DNA from: Thermodesulfobacteriota bacterium
Lineage (GTDB): Bacteria > Desulfobacterota > Desulfobacteria > Desulfobacterales > C00003060
Assembly: GCA_034189385.1 (NCBI GenBank)
Contig: JAXHVD010000005.1
Location: forward strand, 96,001-160,000
DNA length: 64,000 nt
Direction of reading: 5' to 3'
Each line of letters starts with the position of its first letter. Position 1 is the stretch's first letter. This document shows, in pieces, positions 10,937 through 21,451 of this stretch. A model generated the notes under the pieces. The model worked only from the letters and a program-made list of their open reading frames with translations. It was not told the origin of the DNA and did no database searches. A program made the position numbers and the translations under genes.

Positions 10937-11698
10937 TTATCCAGCACTTTCCTGCGGCTCATTGCTATCTGCCTTTTCCCTCTTTTTTCCAAAGACCCTG
11001 GCGCCCACAATGCTCACTTCATAGAGGAGTATCAAGGGGCCTGCCATCAGGATCTGAGTGACAACATCTGGCGGGGTGAGGACGGAGGCGAAGACAAAGA
11101 AGAGAAGGATGGCGTATTTGCGCTTGGCCTTTAGAAAGGGGACATCCACGATCCCAAGCTTTGCCAAAAAGGTAATGAAGAGGGGTAGCTCAAAAACCAC
11201 ACCAAAGGCAAAGAGGAGCTTGGTCGAGAAGCTTAGGTATTCTCTCATCGATGGCAAGGGCTTGATGGCGTCTGATGCAAAACCCATAAAAAACTTGAAC
11301 CCAAAGGGAAAGACAACAAAGTAGCCAAAGAGTGCACCGCCCAGAAAAAAGACCGATGAAAGGAACACAATAGGCACAACCAGACGCTTTTCCTTGTCGT
11401 AAAGGCCTGGGGCAATGAACATCCAAAGCTGGTATATGATGACAGGCACGGCGAGAAGAACCCCTGCCAGGAAAGCGACCTTCAAATAGGTGAAAAAGGC
11501 CTCGGGAAGTCCTGTGTAGATGAGTTTTTCGTCAGGCGGCATGGCTACCAGCAAGGGATGCATGAGGATATCAAAGAGCTTCTTGGAGAAAAAATAACAG
11601 ATGACAAAGCCGACACCGACAGCACTGAAGCAAATAATCAGGCGTTTACGAAGCTCTTCAAGGTGTGTGGTGAATGGGAGCTTCTCGTCTTCAGGCAT
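10937..11698 (-). CDS. tatC: Twin-arginine translocase subunit TatC
   Basis: HLEELRKRL, YQLWMFIAPGLY, FELP, LTPPDVVTQ. Confidence 0.97.
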   Translation of the reverse strand: MPEDEKLPFTTHLEELRKRLIICFSAVGVGFVICYFFSKKLFDILMHPLLVAMPPDEKLIYTGLPEAFFTYLKVAFLAGVLLAVPVIIYQLWMFIAPGLYDKEKRLVVPIVFLSSVFFLGGALFGYFVVFPFGFKFFMGFASDAIKPLPSMREYLSFSTKLLFAFGVVFELPLFITFLAKLGIVDVPFLKAKRKYAILLFFVFASVLTPPDVVTQILMAGPLILLYEVSIVGARVFGKKREKADSNEPQESAG

Positions 11699-12095
11699 CT
11701 TTAGAAGGCTCCTTCTGTGCTTGCTTTTGTGAAGATGTGTCCTCCGTCGGCTTCTCCGGGGCGCCCTTTATGTCCCCATCAAAGGAATGCTCCAGATCTT
11801 CTTCTGCCACGGCATCCTCCGTTGACACACTTTTCTTTTTGCCAGAGGCTGTGGGGTCGGTCATAGGTCTCTTGACCGTCTGTTCAATATCCCCCTTGAT
11901 CTCCTGTATGGTCTCCCGCGCCTCTTTTAGGTCATCATCTACATCAAGGCTTTCCTTGAAGTCCTTGGTGGCCTTCTTGAACTCAGAGATCCCCCTGCCT
12001 AAGGCCTTAGCAATCTCCGGAAGTTTTTTGGGGCCAAGGACAATAAGGGCAATGGCCAGGATCAAGATGATTTCCGGCATCCCCATGCCAAACAT
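11691..12095 (-). CDS. tatB: TatA/TatB family translocase subunit
   Basis: MFGMGMPEIILILAIALIVLGPKKLPEIA; long acidic tail; overlaps tatC start; SD AAGGAG. Confidence 0.85.
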   Translation of the reverse strand: MFGMGMPEIILILAIALIVLGPKKLPEIAKALGRGISEFKKATKDFKESLDVDDDLKEARETIQEIKGDIEQTVKRPMTDPTASGKKKSVSTEDAVAEEDLEHSFDGDIKGAPEKPTEDTSSQKQAQKEPSKDA

Positions 12096-12303
12096 AGACG
12101 GCTCCTTGTAGGTTAAAATTTGGGAATTATGCACAAAATGTTGATGAATTTATAATGGTATCTAGGTTTTCTGTCAAGCCATATCCAAATGGCAACAAAA
12201 GACCTGCGGTCGTAGTCCGCAAAGCGGTGTCATTGGCCGGGCAGTCCCATAGGGTCACTTGGAGAAGGCACCTTCAGCAATCTGAGCCCAGGTCACAATA
12301 GTG

Positions 12304-12332
12304 TTGACAAGCCCTCGTCCCTTTTTTAGACT
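12304..12332 (+). promoter_or_regulatory. Sigma70 promoter of tRNA-Leu
   Basis: TTGACA-17 bp-TAGACT, 13 nt before the tRNA. Confidence 0.75.
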
Positions 12333-12345
12333 TTTTAGTTATCCC

Positions 12346-12433
12346 GCCGGAGTGGTGAAACTGGTAGACGCAGAGGACTCAAAATCCTCCGAGCCTTGGG
12401 CTCGTGTCGGTTCGATTCCGACCTCCGGCACCA
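12346..12433 (+). tRNA. tRNA-Leu(CAA)
   Basis: GCCGGAG acceptor stem, anticodon arm GAGGA-CTCAAAA-TCCTC, long variable arm, GGTTCGATTCC, encoded CCA. Confidence 0.96.
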
Positions 12434-12444
12434 GTGATGTCATA

Positions 12445-12480
12445 AAACAGGGCCAGCGTGAGCTGGCCCTGTTTCTTTTT
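12445..12480 (+). terminator. Terminator after tRNA-Leu
   Basis: AAACAGGGCCAGC-GTGA-GCTGGCCCTGTTT then T-rich. Confidence 0.8.
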
Positions 12481-12805
12481 GTGCCTTCTCCTTGGTAGAG
12501 TACCCCCCCAAGGCTTCTTTTGGATAGTTAAAGAAATTGGATTTGGTGCGAGACCTTGGCGCCTTGAAAAACCCTCTGTTGCAAAGGCCATTGCCTTTAC
12601 CCTGACAGATGGGAGTCTGGTATCGTGACAAGGCAGAGACAGTGCTATTGAAACTGCCATAAGACAGCCAGTATCCTTTTTTTTCTCTTGGCCTTGCCCT
12701 TATTTTTGTCTTGACAAGCCACCCCATTTTGTATATGGGTCGTGGTGTTTGTGCCGCATCCCAAGACAGGTTCCTTCCGGAACTGTGAGGACAGCCCTAC
12801 TAACT

Positions 12806-13357
12806 ATGGACCTATCAGATCTGCTAATCGAGAAAAAATCTCCAGTCCTTGAAAAGTGGTGTGACCTGATTCTAGAAGCATATCCTGAAGAGGGCCAGAG
12901 ATTTTTTAAGAAGCAAAAAGATCAATTCGCGAATCCAGTGGGCCTTAGTATTTTTGAAGGCGCTGAATCCATTTATGATGAACTTCTAGGCGAAGCTGAC
13001 TCTGACAAGATTTCAGTCTTTCTCGACAATATCATCAGGGTGAGGGCGATTCAGGATCTTTTGCCTGCCCAGGCCACAGGCTTCATCTTCGGCCTAAAGA
13101 AGATTGTCCGAGAAGAGCTAAGAGACCATCTTCAACAAGAGGGCATCTCCGACCAGTTGGCGGCCTTTGAGTCCAGAATAGACGGCTTGGCCTTGATGTG
13201 TTTTAATGTCTATACAGAATGTCGGCAGAGGGTTTTTGATATCCGCGTTAAGGAGTTGAGAAATCAGTCACACAAATTGTTAAAAATGGCAGGTCTGGCC
13301 TATGAGCTTCCCGAGAATGAAGGGACTCTCAAAGAGGACAATGGTAACAACGGATAA
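12806..13357 (+). CDS. dsrT: DsrT (RsbRD N-terminal-like)
   Basis: DQFANPVG, IIRVRAIQD motifs; directly upstream of dsrM. Confidence 0.9.
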   Translation: MDLSDLLIEKKSPVLEKWCDLILEAYPEEGQRFFKKQKDQFANPVGLSIFEGAESIYDELLGEADSDKISVFLDNIIRVRAIQDLLPAQATGFIFGLKKIVREELRDHLQQEGISDQLAAFESRIDGLALMCFNVYTECRQRVFDIRVKELRNQSHKLLKMAGLAYELPENEGTLKEDNGNNG

Positions 13358-13384
13358 CCTAACACGGAAGCGAGGGAACATTAG

Positions 13385-14422
13385 ATGAACGTTATACTGA
13401 GTCTCATACTTTCGGGTGGAGCGGTTTTCGGGCTCGTTGTATTTGCCTTCCTGGGCGTGTGGGGGGCACACCTTGAGTGGCTTTTTGGGGTGGTGATTCC
13501 TTACCTGGCGGTCGTTATCTTCTTTGTGGGAATCGTCTACCGGGTGGTAAAATGGGCCAAGTCACCAGTGCCTTTCCGTATCCCGTCCACGTGCGCCCAG
13601 CAAAAGACCCTTCCCTGGATCAAGTACAGTTATGCCGATAGAATCGATAACCCGGCTACTACGGGCGGCGTCGTGGTGCGCATGATACTGGAAGTCTTTT
13701 GTTTCCGTTCCCTGCTCAGGAACACAAGACTTGAATTTGGCAGTGGCGATGAGATCACCTACAAGTCGGCCAAGTGGCTATGGCTTGCAGCTATCGTCTT
13801 TCATTACACTTTCCTCGTAGTCCTCCTTAGACACCTCAGGTTTTTCACTGAGCCCATGCCTTTTTTTGTTACCCTTATCGAAAGGGTGGATGGGTTCTTT
13901 CAGGTGACCTTACCGGTCCTTTATCAAAGCGGCTTTCTCCTTGGGGCAGCGTTGACCTTTCTGCTTTTAAGAAGGCTTATTGACAACAAGTTACGGTATA
14001 TTTCCCTGCCTGCCGATTACTTCCCGTTGCTCCTGATTTTGGCCATCGCCAAGACCGGTATCCTGATGCGCTATGTGTTCAAGGCCGATGTGGTGAGCAT
14101 CAAGGAACTGACCTTGGGGCTGGTCAGTTTTAGCCCGACCGTTCCCGAGGGGATCAGCGTGCTGTTCTACATTCATGTATTTCTTGTGAGCGTACTCTTT
14201 GCCTACTTTCCCTTCAGTAAGCTCGTGCACATGGCAGGAGTATTTCTGAGCCCAACAAGGAATCTATCGAACAACAACCGCGTGGTCAGGCACATTAATC
14301 CTTGGAATTACCCGGTCAAGCTTCATACATATCAGGATTATGAAAACGAGTTCAGAGAGAAGATGATAGGCGCCGGATTGCCAGTGGAGAAACAAACCGC
14401 ATCCACGGAAGAGAAGGAATAA
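13385..14422 (+). CDS. dsrM: DsrM membrane cytochrome b
   Basis: SPVPFRIP, FHY...LRHLRFF, YFPFSKLVHMAGVFLSPTRN, HINPWN. Confidence 0.97.
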   Translation: MNVILSLILSGGAVFGLVVFAFLGVWGAHLEWLFGVVIPYLAVVIFFVGIVYRVVKWAKSPVPFRIPSTCAQQKTLPWIKYSYADRIDNPATTGGVVVRMILEVFCFRSLLRNTRLEFGSGDEITYKSAKWLWLAAIVFHYTFLVVLLRHLRFFTEPMPFFVTLIERVDGFFQVTLPVLYQSGFLLGAALTFLLLRRLIDNKLRYISLPADYFPLLLILAIAKTGILMRYVFKADVVSIKELTLGLVSFSPTVPEGISVLFYIHVFLVSVLFAYFPFSKLVHMAGVFLSPTRNLSNNNRVVRHINPWNYPVKLHTYQDYENEFREKMIGAGLPVEKQTASTEEKE

Positions 14423-14441
14423 ACCTGGAAAAGGAGTCATC

Positions 14442-16088
14442 ATGGCAGATACACCAAAACCCGAAGAGCTATTAGACATTAAGCACAGCAAGGTTTCTAT
14501 GGGGTTGGAGAAGGGGTGGCTGCGTAGTGCCCCAGATGTGGAGATTAAACCGGGCATGCATTGTTTCGCCTGCGAGCCGCGACGCCTTGAGATCGTGGGG
14601 ATGCCGAATCCCAGGCAGTGGTCGGCCAGCGATGAAGACTGGAAAGTGCCCAACGACTGGAAAGAGATTGTCCTGGATGGCTTTAAGGACCGCCTGGACA
14701 AGTTTCGCAGCCTTCGACTTTTTATGGATATTTGCGTGAGGTGTGGTGCCTGCGCCGACAAGTGCCACTACTTTATCGGGTCGGGAGACCCCAAGAACAT
14801 GCCGGTGATGAGGGCCGAGCTCTTCCGGTCAATCTATCGGAAGTATTTCACTACCGCAGGAAAGGTATTGGGGCCCATTGCTGGCGCAAGAGAACTTACC
14901 TATGACGTACTCAAAGAGTGGTGGTACTATCTGTATCAGTGCAGTGAGTGCCGTCGCTGCTCGGTTTTTTGCCCTTATGGGATCGATACGGCCGAGATCA
15001 CTATCCTGGGCCGGGAACTGACCAATTTACTGGGTTTGAACATTGACTGGATCGCCGCCCCTGTGGCCTTTTGCTACCGGACGGGAAATCACCTTGGCAT
15101 TCAGCCCCACGCCTACAAGGGGATGATGGAATTTTTCCAGGATGAGATAGAGGACATCACCGGGGTGCGGGTCGAGCCAAGCTTTAACAGAAAAGGGGCC
15201 GAGATCCTGTTCATCACCCCTTCCGGTGACGTATTTGCGGACCCAGGTACCTATACCTGCATGGGATATCTCGCACTGTTCCACCAATTGGGCATTGACG
15301 TTACATGGAGCACCTACGCCTCAGAGGGCGGAAACTTCGGGCTCTTTACGTCCCATGAGATGATGAAGCGGCTCAATTCCAAGATGTATGCCGAGGCCAA
15401 GCGCCTGGGGGTGAAATGGATCCTGGGCGGAGAGTGTGGCCATATGTGGCGGGTCGTCAATCAGTATATGGGTACCATGAACCTGGACCTCGCAGAGGGG
15501 AGTAACCTGGAGAACCCGGTCTCACCCATTACGGGAACCAAATTCGAGAACGCGAATTCTACCAAGATGGTACACATCACGGAGTTTACGGCAGACCTTA
15601 TTAAGCACGGCAAGCTGAAACTAGATCCCAGCAGAAACGACAACCTGAAAGTGACCTTCCATGACTCCTGTAATCCTGCCCGGGCTATGGGGCTTCTTGA
15701 GGAACCACGATACGTGATCAAGAATGTGTGTAATCATTTCTACGAAATGCCGCCAAACACCATCAGGGAACAGACTTTCTGCTGTGGAGGCGGGTCCGGC
15801 CTGAACGCAGGTGAAGACATGGAGCTTAGGTTTAGAGGAGGGCTCCCTAGAGCAAATGCAGTAAAGTATGTCCATAAAAAACACGGCGTCAACATGCTTG
15901 CCAATGTTTGCGCCATTGACAGGGCCGTTTTCCCAGCACTCATGGAATACTGGATACCAGAGGTAGATGTAACAGGTGTTCATGAGATGGTGGCAAATGC
16001 CATGATAATGGACGGAGAAAAGAAGAGGACATTGAATTACCGTGGAGAACCCCTACCAGGAGTAGAGGAGGAATCTGAGGATGTATGA
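14442..16088 (+). CDS. dsrK: DsrK (HdrD-like Fe-S protein)
   Basis: CVRCGACADKC, CSECRRCSVFCP, GECGHMWR, FHDSC, CCGGG. Confidence 0.97.
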   Translation: MADTPKPEELLDIKHSKVSMGLEKGWLRSAPDVEIKPGMHCFACEPRRLEIVGMPNPRQWSASDEDWKVPNDWKEIVLDGFKDRLDKFRSLRLFMDICVRCGACADKCHYFIGSGDPKNMPVMRAELFRSIYRKYFTTAGKVLGPIAGARELTYDVLKEWWYYLYQCSECRRCSVFCPYGIDTAEITILGRELTNLLGLNIDWIAAPVAFCYRTGNHLGIQPHAYKGMMEFFQDEIEDITGVRVEPSFNRKGAEILFITPSGDVFADPGTYTCMGYLALFHQLGIDVTWSTYASEGGNFGLFTSHEMMKRLNSKMYAEAKRLGVKWILGGECGHMWRVVNQYMGTMNLDLAEGSNLENPVSPITGTKFENANSTKMVHITEFTADLIKHGKLKLDPSRNDNLKVTFHDSCNPARAMGLLEEPRYVIKNVCNHFYEMPPNTIREQTFCCGGGSGLNAGEDMELRFRGGLPRANAVKYVHKKHGVNMLANVCAIDRAVFPALMEYWIPEVDVTGVHEMVANAMIMDGEKKRTLNYRGEPLPGVEEESEDV

Positions 16089-16488
16089 CGGAGGTAAAAT
16101 CATTGCCGGTATTATCATCGGTCTCGTTCTGTTGACATTCCCGATTTGGTATACTCATGGGATGGCCCCCAAGAGGCCAGAAGTCAAGCTTCCTGAGAAG
16201 GAAAAGAAGTGTGTAAAAGACGGGCCGTACATGAAGACCAAGCACATGCAGCTGCTAGACCTGTGGAGAGACTCTACTGTGCGCGCACAGAAGAGGATTT
16301 TCGTGAGCGAAGACGGTAGAAAGTTTACCATGAGTCTTCAGAATACCTGCATGAGCGCAAACTGTCATGCCAAGAAGTCGGAGTTTTGCGACAGGTGTCA
16401 CAACTATACGGGGGTGGACCCGTACTGTTGGGATTGCCACATTCCACCAAAGGAAGAACCTAAGGAGAAATCAGAGGAGATGCTGTGA
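16081..16488 (+). CDS. dsrJ: DsrJ triheme cytochrome c
   Basis: N-terminal TM; HMQLL..WRD; CMSANCH, CDRCH, CWDCH. Confidence 0.95.
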   Translation: MYDGGKIIAGIIIGLVLLTFPIWYTHGMAPKRPEVKLPEKEKKCVKDGPYMKTKHMQLLDLWRDSTVRAQKRIFVSEDGRKFTMSLQNTCMSANCHAKKSEFCDRCHNYTGVDPYCWDCHIPPKEEPKEKSEEML

Positions 16489-17360
16489 TGGGCGTGAACA
16501 GAAGAAAATTTTTGAAGATCGCCGGGATTTCCACATTGGGGGTAGCGGCCAAACCTGCCACGGATGCCCTTGCCTTCAACCCCAAGGAGTGGCTGGACGA
16601 AAAGCTAGGCGGCTTCACTCCTTCGGAAATACTATTACACTTTGGTCACCAGCCAGAAGGGAGCGTGCCAGGAGAGGCCCTGACGGGAACGCGATGGGCC
16701 ATGGTCGTCAATGTAAGGAGCCTCGATGAGGAGATAGCAGAGGCCTGCATGGACGCCTGCCACAAGGTGCACAATGTTCCTCATATTGAGAATTCCAAAC
16801 ACGAAATAAAGTGGCTCTGGCATGAGCATTATGAGAACGCCCTGCCGGGGCAGCACCATGAGCACATCGACGACGACATTAAGAAGCTTCCCTTTCTGGT
16901 CATGTGCAACCACTGCTACAACCCTCCCTGTGTGAGGGTTTGTCCAACGAAGGCTACGTACAAGAGGAAGAAAGACGGCATCGTCATCATGGATATGCAT
17001 CGCTGCATCGGGTGCCGGTTTTGTATGGCAGCGTGCCCCTTTGGATCCAGGAGCTTCAACTGGAAAGACCCTAGGAAATACTTCAAGGACGAGGAGTATC
17101 CGAATCCCAAGTATCCTACGAGGATGAAAGGGGTCGTAGAAAAATGCAATTTCTGTGCAGAGCGTCTTGCTGAGGGACAGATCCCGGCCTGTGTGGAAGT
17201 TGCCCAAAAGCTCTGCGCGGAGAAGGGCAAGGAGCCGGCATTGGTATTCGGAGATCTGGATGATCCAGACTCTGAGGTGAGACAGGTGCTTCGGTCCCAC
17301 TACAGTGTGCGGCGCAAGCCAGAACTAGGTACCCATCCCAACGTTTACTATATTGTGTGA
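16488..17360 (+). CDS. dsrO: DsrO periplasmic Fe-S protein
   Basis: Tat signal [38 protein letters not shown]. Confidence 0.96.
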   Translation: MGVNRRKFLKIAGISTLGVAAKPATDALAFNPKEWLDEKLGGFTPSEILLHFGHQPEGSVPGEALTGTRWAMVVNVRSLDEEIAEACMDACHKVHNVPHIENSKHEIKWLWHEHYENALPGQHHEHIDDDIKKLPFLVMCNHCYNPPCVRVCPTKATYKRKKDGIVIMDMHRCIGCRFCMAACPFGSRSFNWKDPRKYFKDEEYPNPKYPTRMKGVVEKCNFCAERLAEGQIPACVEVAQKLCAEKGKEPALVFGDLDDPDSEVRQVLRSHYSVRRKPELGTHPNVYYIV

Positions 17361-17368
17361 GGTGAGCC

Positions 17369-18526
17369 ATGCTTGAGAAGGCATTTCTTGGAGGGCGTAA
17401 ATACTGGACTTGGATGATATGCTTGCTCATTGTCATGGGAGCAGGGTTTGGTGCGTGGCTGTTTCAGCTTCGGGATGGTCTGGGCATCACCGGGATGAGC
17501 AGGGATATCTCGTGGGGGGTTTACATCGCCAACTTCACCTTTCTTGTTGGAGTGGCTGCTGCGGCCGTCATGGTGGTTATCCCCTATTACATCCACCACT
17601 ACAAGGCCTTTGGCCGTATTACTATATTGGCGGAGTTTTTGGGGGTGTCTGCCGTGCTCATGTGCCTCCTATTCATTCTTGCAGACCTGGGTAATCCAGT
17701 CCGGGCGCTGAATGTGCTGTTACACCCCACACCCAATTCCATACTTTTCTGGGACATGGTGGTCTTAAATGGCTATCTCTTTTTGAACATCTTTATTGGG
17801 TGGAATGTGCTCATGGCAGAGCGCAAAGGGTCACCGCCTCCTGGATGGCTAAAGCCTGTCATTTATCTTTCCATACCATGGGCTGTGAGTATCCACACGG
17901 TGACGGCCTTCTTATACGCTGGTTTGCCGGGAAGGCATTTCTGGCTTACGGCCATTATGGCAGCGCGCTTTCTGGCATCGGCATTTGCTGCCGGACCGGC
18001 CTTGCTCATCCTTTTCTGTCTCATTATTAGAAAAAACACGAAGTTTGACCCAGGCGAAGAGCAAATCCACACGCTTTCAGGTATTGTCACCTATGCCATG
18101 ATCCTGAATGTGTTCTTCTTCCTGCTTGAATGCTTCACGGCCTTTTACAGCCAGATCCCGGGCCACATGCACACGATTCAGTATTTGTTTGCAGGCATCC
18201 ACGGACATACGGGACTGGTGCCTTGGATGTGGACCGCGGTCTTCTTCTGGACAGTCTCACTCGTCCTGTTAATTGTGCCGGCGGCTCGGCGGGCAAATGA
18301 TGTCTTGGCCGTGGCCTGCGTGACAGTATTCATTGGGTGCTGGATCGATAAGGGTGTGGGCTTGGTCATCGGGGGATTTATCCCCAATCCGCTGGAGCAC
18401 ATCACAGAATACCAGGCCACCGTGCCTGAGGTTCTGATCACGCTGGGGGTTTGGGCCACTGGGTTCTTTGTGCTGAGTTTCCTTTACAAGATCGCCATCA
18501 CCGTAAAGGAGGAACTGGGGGCCTAG
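17369..18526 (+). CDS. dsrP: DsrP (NrfD-family membrane protein)
   Basis: GITGMSRDISWG, ANFTFLVGVAA, SIHTVTAFL; multiple TMs. Confidence 0.96.
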   Translation: MLEKAFLGGRKYWTWMICLLIVMGAGFGAWLFQLRDGLGITGMSRDISWGVYIANFTFLVGVAAAAVMVVIPYYIHHYKAFGRITILAEFLGVSAVLMCLLFILADLGNPVRALNVLLHPTPNSILFWDMVVLNGYLFLNIFIGWNVLMAERKGSPPPGWLKPVIYLSIPWAVSIHTVTAFLYAGLPGRHFWLTAIMAARFLASAFAAGPALLILFCLIIRKNTKFDPGEEQIHTLSGIVTYAMILNVFFFLLECFTAFYSQIPGHMHTIQYLFAGIHGHTGLVPWMWTAVFFWTVSLVLLIVPAARRANDVLAVACVTVFIGCWIDKGVGLVIGGFIPNPLEHITEYQATVPEVLITLGVWATGFFVLSFLYKIAITVKEELGA

Positions 18527-18561
18527 TCCCGGCAAGAGGATTTTCTAAGAATAGACAAAGG

Positions 18562-18596
18562 AGGCCCATTTCCGAAAGGAAATGGGCCTTTTTTTT
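18562..18596 (+). terminator. Terminator of dsrTMKJOP
   Basis: AGGCCCATTTCC-GAAA-GGAAATGGGCCT followed by a T run. Confidence 0.9.
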
Positions 18597-18849
18597 GACT
18601 GGGCTGGACCCGCCAGGGCCTGCTGGGGCGGTGGCAGCCCCTTTCAGATTGATCAGGCCAGTGCATCAGGGGGAAGGGACACCCTGTAGCTTGATTTGTA
18701 CAACCTGAGTGGGTCGGTAGGCGGGTGATTCATGTGAATAGCAGAACTGCCTAAAAGACAAGAGGCCATAGAAGACAAAGGGGGGGAAGGAGACAGGAGA
18801 AGGGGCCAGTGCTGTTGTAGGGACCACCGCCACGGGGCGGGGTAAACAG

Positions 18850-18880
18850 AAAAAAGACGGCGCTTAAAGGTGCCGTCTTT
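18850..18880 (-). terminator. Terminator downstream of the small membrane ORF / qrc operon
   Basis: Minus strand AAAGACGGCAC-CTTTAA-GCGCCGTCTTTTTT. Confidence 0.75.
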
Positions 18881-18919
18881 GAGTATTGGAGATTGTTGAT
18901 AGTGGCAGAAGCGAGCTGC

Positions 18920-19105
18920 CTAGTGTTCGCTGGCCGCAGGTTTGGAGCAGGCCTTGGTCGCGACTTTGATGGCCAAGACAAGGAGCAATGCCTCATAGAT
19001 CCATACGGCCACGAAGCTGTGAAAGAAACCATAGATAATTCCACCGCCTATGATGGCAGGGACCCCAAAAACTACAAGGATTCCGATCAGTCTCGCAAGT
19101 TGCAT
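18920..19105 (-). CDS. Small two-TM membrane protein downstream of qrcD
   Basis: 61 aa, two hydrophobic segments, strong SD GAGGAG, terminator downstream. Confidence 0.7.
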   Translation of the reverse strand: MQLARLIGILVVFGVPAIIGGGIIYGFFHSFVAVWIYEALLLVLAIKVATKACSKPAASEH

Positions 19106-19322
19106 ATTATACTCTCCTCGGCTGTCCCGAATGGGCTTCCAATCAATGATGTTCCTCTTCTTTCCCCTTCTTGCAGATCAAGTCCAGGAAAGCACGAATG
19201 CCAGCATAGTGTATTAGGATCACAAGGCCTAACAAAACCGCGTAAAGGGCGCCCATGAAAACATAGCGCGTTGGCTCAACGACCCATTCAAAAGCAAAAG
19301 GAAACATAGCCGCTTCTTCCTC

Positions 19323-20573
19323 CTATGTTGGATTTAACTCCCTCTCTTGGGAAAAGATGGGAAGATATCGGTACGAGAGGGAAATGAAGATCGCCCCTAG
19401 CCAAAGCCACATCAGTGTGCTTGCCCACTCCACCCAGTTGGGATGGTAGCCCACAGCCTTGTCAAAGGGCATGACGGGCAGCACCAAGGTCTGCACTGTC
19501 ATGATCCACCGATTCATGAAGATCCCCGTACAGTTCAAAAGACAGGCCAGGAGCAAGAAGAAGTCATTCTGTCGCCACTCCTTCTTGAGCAAGATGACCA
19601 GGGGAATGTATCCAAAAATGCCAATTTCGGCGATCAAGACCCAAATGCCGTATGGGGCAGTGGAATAGAAGCTCTTAAAAGGTGCGCCTACCTTGGCAGC
19701 GGTGCTGATCCAGTAGAGGGTGTCAAGGGTTTTCAAGACCAGGTAGACCAGCAACATCCTGCCGGAGATCTTGGCAAGAATATCTATAACATTTCTCTTC
19801 ACCAGCTGTTTTCTGGCAAATCCTTCCGTAATGCGGGTAATGAGGATGGTGAAGCAAGGGCCGCAGGCCATGGCCGAAAGAATAAAAAGGAAGAAGGTCC
19901 AGGGCCAAATCAGCAACCCTTCGCGATAGGCAAAGGGCCTACCGTAAAGGACGCCAGGGACGCCGCCCAGAGAGCCTTGGTGAAAGCAAGAAAGGAAAAC
20001 GCCGATGGCCGCGATCGTGGGCATGGCGCCATGCAGATGGTGTGCCATGCCGTGAAAGAAACCAAGCTTGTTTATCTGACGATTCTCCAAAAGCAGCGGC
20101 AGGTACTCTACACAGAGCACGGAAAAGTAGCAGGTGATACAAAAGGCCACCTCTGTGAGCATAGAGTGGACATTGGCATGCCAGAAGATGAACCAACCCC
20201 TCAAGGGCTGCCCGATGTCTACTCCCAAGATACCCTGGGCGGCCAAATAGCAGATGAAGCCGATGACGACGGCAAAATTGACAATATGCTTAAGGTCGTC
20301 TATGTCGAGAACATACCGCAAGAAACCGGTGAAGAAAGCACCGCCTCCCAAGGCGATGACGCCCAAGTCTGCCGCGATCCAAAGGCCAAAGGGGAAATTG
20401 TTGTTCAGATAGGTCACATTGAGTGCCAAGCCCCAGCACATGAGGTAGCTGAGGACACCTATCATCAGCGGACCATGCAAAAGGGCCATCCAGAAAAGAA
20501 ACCATTTCAACTGGCACCGTTTCACACCCTCTGGGATCAATGCAGAATCAAATGGGACTGTTGCAGAATCCAT
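19323..20573 (-). CDS. qrcD: QrcD (NrfD-family subunit)
   Basis: GLWIAADLGVIALGGGAFFTG, DIGQPLRGWFIFWHANVHSMLTEV, FHQGSLGG; SD AGGAG before ATG 20573. Confidence 0.93.
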   Translation of the reverse strand: MDSATVPFDSALIPEGVKRCQLKWFLFWMALLHGPLMIGVLSYLMCWGLALNVTYLNNNFPFGLWIAADLGVIALGGGAFFTGFLRYVLDIDDLKHIVNFAVVIGFICYLAAQGILGVDIGQPLRGWFIFWHANVHSMLTEVAFCITCYFSVLCVEYLPLLLENRQINKLGFFHGMAHHLHGAMPTIAAIGVFLSCFHQGSLGGVPGVLYGRPFAYREGLLIWPWTFFLFILSAMACGPCFTILITRITEGFARKQLVKRNVIDILAKISGRMLLVYLVLKTLDTLYWISTAAKVGAPFKSFYSTAPYGIWVLIAEIGIFGYIPLVILLKKEWRQNDFFLLLACLLNCTGIFMNRWIMTVQTLVLPVMPFDKAVGYHPNWVEWASTLMWLWLGAIFISLSYRYLPIFSQERELNPT

Positions 20574-20600
20574 AACAGACACTCCTTCTAAGATTAAGGG

Positions 20601-21431
20601 CTAGCCGGGAAATACGTCCTTTCCTTCTTCACCCATGTAAACATCGGCGGCCTTTCGGACCCAATCCCTTTGGGAAAGATAATAGACCTTGGGATTGGTG
20701 CCCAGTTTCTCCAAAAGTCGGAAGGCATAAGGGCTGTCTTTGAGTTTGTGGACCTTGTGCTCTGGGTTCTGTAAATCCCCAAACGTGATGGCCCCTGCAG
20801 GACAGGCCTGCGTGCAGGCGGTCTGATACTCATCCTCGCGGAGCTCGCGGCGCCCCTCGGCATAGGCCTTGTTTCTGGCCCGCTGGAAACGATGGAAGCA
20901 GAAGCTGCACTTCTCCACCACCCCCCGCATGCGAGGCGACACGTCAGGGTTCAAATATTTTTCCATCCCCTTTGGCCACCGTGCGTCCCACCAATTGAAA
21001 ACCCGCACGTGGTAGGGGCATGCAGCCATGCAGTACCGGCAGCCAAAACAGCGTGTATAGATCTGGCTTACGATACCCGTTTCCTCACTGTAATCTGTGG
21101 CCGTTGCCGGACACACGGACACGCAAGGCGTTGCGGCATGATGGCCGTGCCCCTCGCAGTGTTGGCACGGCCTGGGTATATAGGAGATCTCTGTGTCCGG
21201 AAATGGGAGGCCATTGGATATCTTGTAAACCCGCATCCAGAAATTTTGGGTTAATCTGTTGTTCGTGTCCTCTTTCCTGAAGGGTATGTTGTTTTCTGCC
21301 ATACAGGCCACCATGCAGGCCCCACAACCTGTACATTTGTCCAGATCAATAACCATACCAAACTTGTACTTCGTTCCGTGTCCGTGACCTTCTTCGTGTC
21401 CATGTCCTTCGTCGTGATGTGCCTCTTTCAT
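20601..21431 (-). CDS. qrcC: QrcC Fe-S subunit
   Basis: CTGCGACMVAC, PRPCQHC, CFGCRYCMAACP, KCSFC; His-rich N-terminus. Confidence 0.93.
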   Translation of the reverse strand: MKEAHHDEGHGHEEGHGHGTKYKFGMVIDLDKCTGCGACMVACMAENNIPFRKEDTNNRLTQNFWMRVYKISNGLPFPDTEISYIPRPCQHCEGHGHHAATPCVSVCPATATDYSEETGIVSQIYTRCFGCRYCMAACPYHVRVFNWWDARWPKGMEKYLNPDVSPRMRGVVEKCSFCFHRFQRARNKAYAEGRRELREDEYQTACTQACPAGAITFGDLQNPEHKVHKLKDSPYAFRLLEKLGTNPKVYYLSQRDWVRKAADVYMGEEGKDVFPG

Positions 21432-21451
21432 GGTTTCCCCTTCTTAGATGA

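Noticed and set aside
12346..12433. tRNA-Leu or tRNA-Met as an island integration site
   Set aside because: No integrase nearby and no duplicated tRNA 3' end noticed in the window.
19443..20591. 382-aa plus-strand ORF and many similar long antisense ORFs
   Set aside because: Shadows of well-supported genes (here qrcD), with no motifs of their own.
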